Source: Buchnera aphidicola str. APS (Acyrthosiphon pisum) (GTDB taxonomy: Bacteria; Pseudomonadota; Gammaproteobacteria; Enterobacterales; Enterobacteriaceae). Taken from it: a stretch of 32,000 nt of DNA. The stretch covers positions 1-32,000 of the forward strand of contig NC_002528.1 in assembly GCF_000009605.1 (NCBI RefSeq), in the 5' to 3' direction. Positions 25,945 through 32,000 of this stretch are shown here, piece after piece (the first letter of the stretch is position 1; each line of letters begins with the position of its first letter). The translations under genes were made by a program, and so were the position numbers. The notes beneath the pieces were generated by a model that saw only the letters and a list, made by a program, of their open reading frames with translations, ran no database searches and was not told the origin of the DNA.

Positions 25945-27774
25945 TTATTCTACTGTTACCGATTTAGCTAAGTGTCTCGGTTGATCAATATCCCTTCCTT
26001 TTTTTAATGCAACATAATAAGCAAATAATTGTAGGGGAATTGTATAAAAAATAGGTGCTATTAATTCTTCTACATACGGAAGCTTTATAGTATTTATATT
26101 TTCTTCATAATCAAATTCTTGATTAGAAAAAACATAAACTATTCCTCCTCTAGAACATATTTCTTTAATATTTTTTTTATTTTTCTCTAATAGAGAATTT
26201 TCAGGAGCAATCATAATAACTGGTATATTTTTATCGATTAATGCTAGAGGACCGTGTTTGAGTTCTCCAGATGGATAAGCTTCGGCATGAATATAAGAAA
26301 TTTCTTTTAATTTCAAAGCACCTTCCATTGCAATTGGATACTGATTACCTCTTCCAAGAAAGAGCATGTTTTTTTTATTAGCTAATGTATTAGCCATATC
26401 TTGTATTAATTGTTTTTTTTTTAAAATTTCTTCAATTCTAACAGGTAAAATACTTAATGTTTGTACAATTCTTTTTGAGGTATTATTGTTTTCTTTTTTT
26501 GAATTTATTATTTTAGCAACTAATAAAAGTAAAACAGTCAATTGAGTCGTAAAAGATTTTGTAGAAGCCACTCCTATTTCTAATCCCGCTTTAGTTAGTA
26601 TATAAAAATCAGATTCTCTTACTAAAGATGAACTTTTCATATTGCATATAGTTAGATTTCCTAAATATCCAAGTTTTTTAGAATACCTCAATGCAGATAA
26701 CGTATCAGCAGTTTCTCCTGATTGTGACAAAGTAATTAATAAACTCTTTTTTCTTACAACTAGTTTTCTTGAAGAAAATTCAGATGCAATTTCTACATCA
26801 CAAGGAATATTTGCAAGTTCTTCAAACCAGTATCGAGAAACCATAGCAGCATTATAAGAAGTACCACATGCAACTATTTGTATATGTTCTGTATTATAAA
26901 ATATATTATTTTCTTTTGATCCTAATTCAGAAAAATGTACTTTATTACTATTTGTTAGACGATTTTTTAAAGTATTACGAATTGATTTAGGTTGTTCATG
27001 TATTTCTTTTTCCATATAATAACGGTACTTTCCCTTCTTTGCTGATTTGTATTCTATATTAGATACTACTTCTTCTCGTTGAATTATAGAATTATTTTTA
27101 TTAAAGATGTTAATTTCTTTTCTTGCGACAATGGCAATATCGCCTTCTTCTAAGTATATAAAACGTTTTGTTACATGCAATAATGCAATTTGATCAGAAG
27201 CTATAAAATTTTCTTCTGTTCCTAATCCTATAATTAATGGACTTCCAGAACGTGCTGCTATTAATTTGGAAGGATTATTTTGATCTATTACTACCATACT
27301 ATAATTACCATCTAATTTTTTTATACTATTTTGTATAACTTTTATGAGGGAATCTTTTTTTTTGTTTTGTTCCCAATGTAATAAATGTGCAATTACTTCT
27401 GTATCAGTATCTGAAGAAAATATATATCCTTGTTTTTTTAAAAATCCACGCAGTGTGGAATTGTTTTCAATAATTCCATTATGTACAACAATAATATTAG
27501 AAGAAATATGTGGATGAGTATTCTCTTTTGAGACTTTCCCGTGAGTAGCCCATCGAGTATGAGCAACTCCAATACTACCAAGTATTTTTTTTTTATTTGT
27601 TTTTTTTATAAGTTCGTTGACCTTTCCAACACAACGAATTCTAACAATATTGTTTTTATTATCTATTACAGCCAATCCTGAAGAATCATATCCTCGGTAT
27701 TCTAGTTTTTTAATACCATCGATAAGAAAATTGGCAATATTACGTTGTGTTACTGCAGCAACAATACCACACAT
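25945..27774 (-). CDS. glmS: Glutamine--fructose-6-phosphate aminotransferase GlmS
   Basis: From ORF 25945..27810, trimmed to the Met of MCGIVAAV... because the catalytic Cys must be residue 2, as in E. coli MCGIVGAI. This gives 609 aa, identical in length to E. coli GlmS. The C-terminus is ...[13 protein letters not shown]. Confidence 0.96.
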   Translation of the reverse strand: MCGIVAAVTQRNIANFLIDGIKKLEYRGYDSSGLAVIDNKNNIVRIRCVGKVNELIKKTNKKKILGSIGVAHTRWATHGKVSKENTHPHISSNIIVVHNGIIENNSTLRGFLKKQGYIFSSDTDTEVIAHLLHWEQNKKKDSLIKVIQNSIKKLDGNYSMVVIDQNNPSKLIAARSGSPLIIGLGTEENFIASDQIALLHVTKRFIYLEEGDIAIVARKEINIFNKNNSIIQREEVVSNIEYKSAKKGKYRYYMEKEIHEQPKSIRNTLKNRLTNSNKVHFSELGSKENNIFYNTEHIQIVACGTSYNAAMVSRYWFEELANIPCDVEIASEFSSRKLVVRKKSLLITLSQSGETADTLSALRYSKKLGYLGNLTICNMKSSSLVRESDFYILTKAGLEIGVASTKSFTTQLTVLLLLVAKIINSKKENNNTSKRIVQTLSILPVRIEEILKKKQLIQDMANTLANKKNMLFLGRGNQYPIAMEGALKLKEISYIHAEAYPSGELKHGPLALIDKNIPVIMIAPENSLLEKNKKNIKEICSRGGIVYVFSNQEFDYEENINTIKLPYVEELIAPIFYTIPLQLFAYYVALKKGRDIDQPRHLAKSVTVE

Positions 27775-27843
27775 ATTGATACCTTTCATTTTTTTATTAA
27801 AAAATTTCATTTTAATATAAATATATTGATTTAATAAGCTATG

Positions 27844-29223
27844 TTAATTTTTTTTAATGATTTTTTTTGAACGCATCCAGTTTTTTTTGTATTTTTGTTC
27901 TTTAGTGTTATAAACTAAACATGGTGTATTGACGTCTTTTGTTACAGTAGTACCTGCTGCAATAGTAGTATTTTTTGCGATTTTTATAGGAGCGATCAGT
28001 TGTGTATTAGAACCTACTAAAACATTATCACCAATAATAGTTTTGAATTTATTTGCTCCATCATAATTACATGTAATACTACCTGCTCCAATGTTTACTT
28101 TAGAACCAATTTCAGAATTACCAAGATAACTTAAGTGTTTTACCTTAGATTCATTTTTAATAAAAGTATCTTTTGTTTCAACAAAATTTCCTATATGAAC
28201 ATTTCTATCTAATAAAGTATTTGATCGCAAATGAGCAAATGGACCTATAATACAGCCTTTTCCTATTTTAGAATTTTCTATAATTGTATATGCTTGAATG
28301 TTAGTATTACTATCAATACTACTATTTCTAATAATACATCCAGGACCGATTTTAACATCGTCACCTAAAATAACATTATTTTCTAAAATCACACCTGTGT
28401 CTATTTCAACGTTTTGACCATGTTGTAATGTTCCTCTAAAAATAAAATGAGATGGATCTTTTATTGTAACTCCATTGATAAGAAGTTTATTAATTTGTTT
28501 TTTTTGAAAAATTTTCTCTAAATTAGATAATTGCAACTTATTATTAATCCCTAATATCTCTTCATAATTTAATGGTTCTATTGTTTTAATAAAACTACCT
28601 TCAAGATGAGCTAAAGCGATAATATCTGTTGCATAAAACTCTTGTTTTTCATTTTTTTTATCAATTTTTTTTAGCCATCGTGTTAAATCTTTACTTTGAG
28701 CTATAAAAATACCTGAATATATTTCTTTAATATTTTTTTGTTCATTGGAAGCATCTTGATCTTCTATTATACTAATAACTTTTCCTTTTTTTCGTAAAAT
28801 ACGGCCATATCCATTAGGATTTTTTACTTTTGCAGTTAATAAACTAATTTTTGATTGTTTTTTAGATTTTTGTAATTTTTTTATTGATACTGGAGAAATA
28901 AATGGGACATCTCCATATAGAACTAGTATTTCTGTATTATCTGAAATTTTTTTTATTGCTAGCAGTATAGCATGACCTGTTCCTTGTGGTTTTTTTTGTA
29001 TTATCCATTGAATTGGGATGTTATAAATATTAGATAGTACAGGTTTTTTTTGATCACTGTAAACCAATATAATTTTTTTAGGTTTTATAGATTGAGCAGT
29101 TTCTATTACATGTTCTAAAATTGTTTTTCCTCCTAAAAAATGTAGTACTTTAGGATGATTAGATTTCATTCTAGTTCCTTTACCAGCTGCAAGTATTACG
29201 ATAATGATTTCTTGTGTTAACAT
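27844..29223 (-). CDS. glmU: Bifunctional GlcNAc-1-P uridyltransferase / GlcN-1-P acetyltransferase GlmU
   Basis: 459 aa with an N-terminal LAAGKGTRMKS nucleotidyltransferase motif and a C-terminal left-handed beta-helix hexapeptide repeat domain. It lies upstream of glmS on the same strand, matching the E. coli glmUS operon. Confidence 0.95.
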   Translation of the reverse strand: MLTQEIIIVILAAGKGTRMKSNHPKVLHFLGGKTILEHVIETAQSIKPKKIILVYSDQKKPVLSNIYNIPIQWIIQKKPQGTGHAILLAIKKISDNTEILVLYGDVPFISPVSIKKLQKSKKQSKISLLTAKVKNPNGYGRILRKKGKVISIIEDQDASNEQKNIKEIYSGIFIAQSKDLTRWLKKIDKKNEKQEFYATDIIALAHLEGSFIKTIEPLNYEEILGINNKLQLSNLEKIFQKKQINKLLINGVTIKDPSHFIFRGTLQHGQNVEIDTGVILENNVILGDDVKIGPGCIIRNSSIDSNTNIQAYTIIENSKIGKGCIIGPFAHLRSNTLLDRNVHIGNFVETKDTFIKNESKVKHLSYLGNSEIGSKVNIGAGSITCNYDGANKFKTIIGDNVLVGSNTQLIAPIKIAKNTTIAAGTTVTKDVNTPCLVYNTKEQKYKKNWMRSKKIIKKN

Positions 29224-29402
29224 AAAAACCCTTTTTTTATATATTTTTTACTGAATAGTTTTAATTGATTGTACATTATTTTTTTTATATCGTAATTTGT
29301 TGATTCGAGAATATAAAATTTTTAATAAATACTTTTTACATGCAAATTAAGATATATAATATAGTATTCGTAATAAAATATATTATGTTTTTAAGGTTTT
29401 TT

Positions 29403-30220
29403 ATGTATCGAATTATTGCAGTGGATTTAGATGGCACTTTGCTTACTTCAGAAAATAAAATAACAAAATATACTAAAGAGATTATACAGATATTAATACA
29501 AAAAAAATTTTATTTTGTCTTTGCTTCAGGTCGTCATTATATAGATATTATGAAGATTAAGGATAGTTTAAAAATAAATATTTTTATAATTTCTTCTAAT
29601 GGTTCTAAAATTTACAATTTAGATAATAATCTAATATTTAGTGATAATTTAGATGAAAATATTGCATCAAAACTATGTAGAATAAAATATTCAGACAAAG
29701 AAATTATTACTCAGGTATATCAAAATGATCAATGGTATATAAATAATAATAAAGTAGAAAATAATTTTTGTTCTCTACTTTCATCATTGCAATATAAATA
29801 TTTTTATCCAGATGATTTAAATTTTAAAAATATCAGTAAAATTTTTTTTACAAGTAGAAATTTTCAAAAATTACATATTCTCAAAAGAAAAATTATTAAT
29901 TTTTATGGTAATAAAGTTCATGTTAATTTTTCAATTCCAGGTTGTCTTGAAATTGTATCAGGGACCACTTAAAAGGTTATGGATTAAAATTAATAGCTAA
30001 TTTACTAGGAGTGTCTTTGAAAAATTGTATTGCTTTTGGCGATGGAATGAATGATCAGGATATGTTAAAAGTTGCGGGTAAAGCATATATTATGAAAAAT
30101 TCTGATCCACATTTAAAAATAGCACTGCCGCATCTTGAAATCATTGAAAGCAATGATAATGATGGTGTAGCAAGATGCTTGAATAAAATTTTTATAGAAA
30201 ATAATAAAGAGATGTTATAA
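29403..30220 (+). pseudogene. yigL: Cof/HAD-IIB sugar-phosphate phosphatase (YigL-like), disrupted by a 1-nt frameshift near 29967-29974
   Basis: ORF 29340..29972 has a real start at ATG29403 (MYRIIAVDLDGTLL, HAD motif I). It stops at TAA29970 after ...CLEIVSGTT. The other frame is open from 29951 and reads ...LKGYGLKLIANLLGVSLKNCIAFGDGMNDQDM (HAD motif IV), continuing as ORF 30011..30220. Joined, the two parts are collinear with E. coli YigL as I recall it (...CLEVMAGGVSKGHALEAVAKKLGYSLKDCIAFGDGMNDAEM). The total of 818 nt is not a multiple of 3. Confidence 0.8.
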
Positions 30221-30230
30221 AGTTATAAAA

Positions 30231-30255
30231 ATTTCTTATACAAGAAGTTTTTTTT
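30231..30255 (+). terminator. Small rho-independent terminator after the yigL-like gene
   Basis: ATTTCTT at 30231-30237 pairs with AAGAAGT at 30242-30248, giving 7 pairs including one G-U. The loop is ATAC, and the T run at 30248-30255 starts with the last base of the right arm. The stem is short and AT-rich, so confidence is moderate. Confidence 0.45.
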
Positions 30256-31190
30256 GATTTCTGTAGATGGCTATATAATTATTGCTATGTCCTTTTTCTT
30301 ATTAGTTTTTCTTTCGATTATAAACCTTGATTTTTTTAATTATTTAATATTCAAAAAAGGTCATGTACAATTCTAATTTTTTCTGAGACTTGTTTGTATT
30401 TAAAAGAAAAAATGTATTATATATGATTTTAAACATAGATGTAAGATTATATCTTAGAAAAAGATAATTTAATATATCTAGTCTGTTTTATCAAAAAATA
30501 GATTTTGTCAATATTGCATATATCAGGTCCGTTGATCGAGTGTTGTTTTTTAAAAAAAAGAGTAGTTAAAAAATACAACTAAGCGTACTTCAAAATTAAA
30601 AACTAGTATATATAATCAATTATTTGAGAGTGCATACTTCAGAAATTAGTTTAATATCAATTTTTTCTTGTCTTAGAAACCTTCGAAGATTAAACATGAT
30701 ACCCAAATAAAAATATATTTTTATTTTAAAAGGATTTTTGAAGATTTATAATAGTAATTTAAACTATTGAATATATCTGTATATTTAATGAATAATTAAA
30801 TGATTATATATAATGAAAGTCTATATATTATTTAATATATTTTAGATAGTTGAAATAACATTTTACCTTGTATTGTAAAAATTATGGAATTACTTTTTCT
30901 GAGAAATAATTTAAATCCTGTTTTTTCTAATTAGTTAAATTGATATGATATTACTGATTGTATTTGATATAATTAAATAGCATCTGTTTTCAATACACTG
31001 TTATTTTTTTAAGGCTTATTATATTTATAGATATTTTATTCCAATTATAACATTCCTTCATATCGAGAACTAACTATTAATGCTTGCTCATTTTCTTTAA
31101 TTGTAAGAATTACAAATATGTATTTTATGTAAGTATTTATAAATTATTTTCATGATCAAAAATATAATTTAAAAAAATAGGACATTTAAA

Positions 31191-32000
31191 ATGACAATTT
31201 TAAATCATACTTTAGGATTTCCAAGAATAGGATTAAACCGAGAATTAAAAAAAGCTCAAGAACAATATTGGTCCGGGGAACTGATGATTAAAGATTTATT
31301 ATTAGTTGGTTCTGAATTAAGGAAAAAAAATTGGCAAAAACAGAAAGAATCTGGAATTGATTATATTCCAGTTGGAGATTTTGCTTGGTATGATCATGTA
31401 TTAACCACGAGTATGATGTTAGGAAATATCCCAGAAAGACATAATAATACAGTTGACTCTATTGATTTAGATTGTCTATTCCGTATTGCTCGAGGTTGTC
31501 CTCCGGATATTTCAGCTTCAGAAATGACTAAATGGTTTAATACTAACTATCATTATATTGTACCTGAGTTTTATAAAAACAAAGTTTTAAAGTACTCTTG
31601 GAAACAAATTTTAGATGAAGTAGATGAAGCTTTATTATTAGGGCACAAGGTTAAACCTATACTTTTAGGACCGATTACATATCTTTGGTTGGGAAAAGTA
31701 AAAGGAGAATATTTTGATCGTCTTGATATTTTAAAAGATATAATTCTAATATATAAGCATGTTTTAAAAGAATTATCTAACCGTAGTATTGATTTTGTTC
31801 AAATTGATGAACCTGTTTTGGTTTTAGAATTACCAAAAAAATGGAAAGACGCTTATCATTATGCTTATAAAGAATTATCCGGTATAACAAAATTATTGCT
31901 TACAACATATTTTGACAGTATTGAGCATAATATAGAATTTATTCGTGATTTACCTGTTCAAGGTATTCATATCGATCTAGTGCATGGAAAATATAATTTA
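31191..32000 (+). CDS. metE: Cobalamin-independent methionine synthase MetE (5' partial; continues past the window end)
   Basis: This gene is not on the ORF track because it has no stop in the window. ATG31191 has AGGA at 31179-31182. My translation, [27 protein letters not shown]...[26 protein letters not shown]...[18 protein letters not shown], matches the E. coli MetE N-terminus ([27 protein letters not shown]...). The frame is open for all 270 codons to position 32000. Confidence 0.93.
   Translation, partial: MTILNHTLGFPRIGLNRELKKAQEQYWSGELMIKDLLLVGSELRKKNWQKQKESGIDYIPVGDFAWYDHVLTTSMMLGNIPERHNNTVDSIDLDCLFRIARGCPPDISASEMTKWFNTNYHYIVPEFYKNKVLKYSWKQILDEVDEALLLGHKVKPILLGPITYLWLGKVKGEYFDRLDILKDIILIYKHVLKELSNRSIDFVQIDEPVLVLELPKKWKDAYHYAYKELSGITKLLLTTYFDSIEHNIEFIRDLPVQGIHIDLVHGKYNL

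Noticed and set aside
26642-27820. Two plus-strand ORFs (26642..26857 and 27617..27820) opposite glmS
   Set aside because: They are shadow ORFs inside or overlapping glmS. glmS is full length (609 aa) and collinear with E. coli GlmS.
29958-29980. Programmed ribosomal frameshift or transcriptional slippage restoring yigL
   Set aside because: There is no X XXY YYZ slippery heptamer in the zero frame and no obvious downstream stimulatory structure. The A run is only 4 nt. A simple 1-nt deletion is more parsimonious, though only experiment can exclude low-level recoding.
30623-30745. Minus-strand peptide ...YLGIMFNLRRFLRQEKIDIKLISEVCTLK, considered as a relic of the MetR [20 protein letters not shown] segment
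   Set aside because: Only the LG...R spacing matches. Upstream in-frame residues do not resemble the MetR helix-turn-helix, and the reading frame is closed by stops on both sides. The similarity is too weak to call by eye and needs a sensitive search.

Overview
The window is AT-rich (about 25-30% G+C by eye) and almost wall-to-wall conserved gammaproteobacterial housekeeping genes. Gene order and protein sequences fit the origin-proximal region of a Buchnera aphidicola chromosome, the aphid primary endosymbiont. The GroEL looks like the Acyrthosiphon pisum-lineage 'symbionin', but that attribution is from memory and not from a search.

Content, left to right:
- A fragment of oriC
- mnmG(gidA) and atpBEFHAGDC on the + strand
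- gyrB, dnaN and dnaA on the - strand
- rpmH, rnpA, yidC and mnmE on the + strand
- tRNA-Phe on the - strand
- groES, groEL and efp on the + strand; groES has a sigma32 promoter
- dnaC, dnaT and rsmD on the - strand
- ftsY and rpoH on the + strand
- glmS and glmU on the - strand
- A frameshifted yigL-like HAD phosphatase on the + strand
- A 0.9-kb gene-free spacer
- The 5' part of metE, which runs off the window

That is 27 CDS, 1 pseudogene and 1 tRNA. I saw no CRISPR array, IS element, transposase, integrase, phage gene or long repeat.

I found no support for a novel multi-gene system. Every ORF of 100 aa or more either aligns end to end with a well-known E. coli protein or is a shadow ORF inside one.

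The points worth a second look are small-scale:
- A sharp G+C island over the first ~35 codons of dnaA
- A perfect 12-bp hairpin inside the atp operon, between atpE and atpF
- A 12-nt poly(A) run inside rnpA, plus several 10-nt runs in other genes
- The 1-nt frameshift in yigL
- Two unusually long gene-free spacers (groEL-efp and yigL-metE) that probably mark decayed genes; the second sits where metR lies in E. coli
- Several clean gene-loss junctions (recF, rsmG/atpI, yidD, ftsEX)

All coordinates of small motifs were hand-counted, and no alignments or folding energies could be computed.
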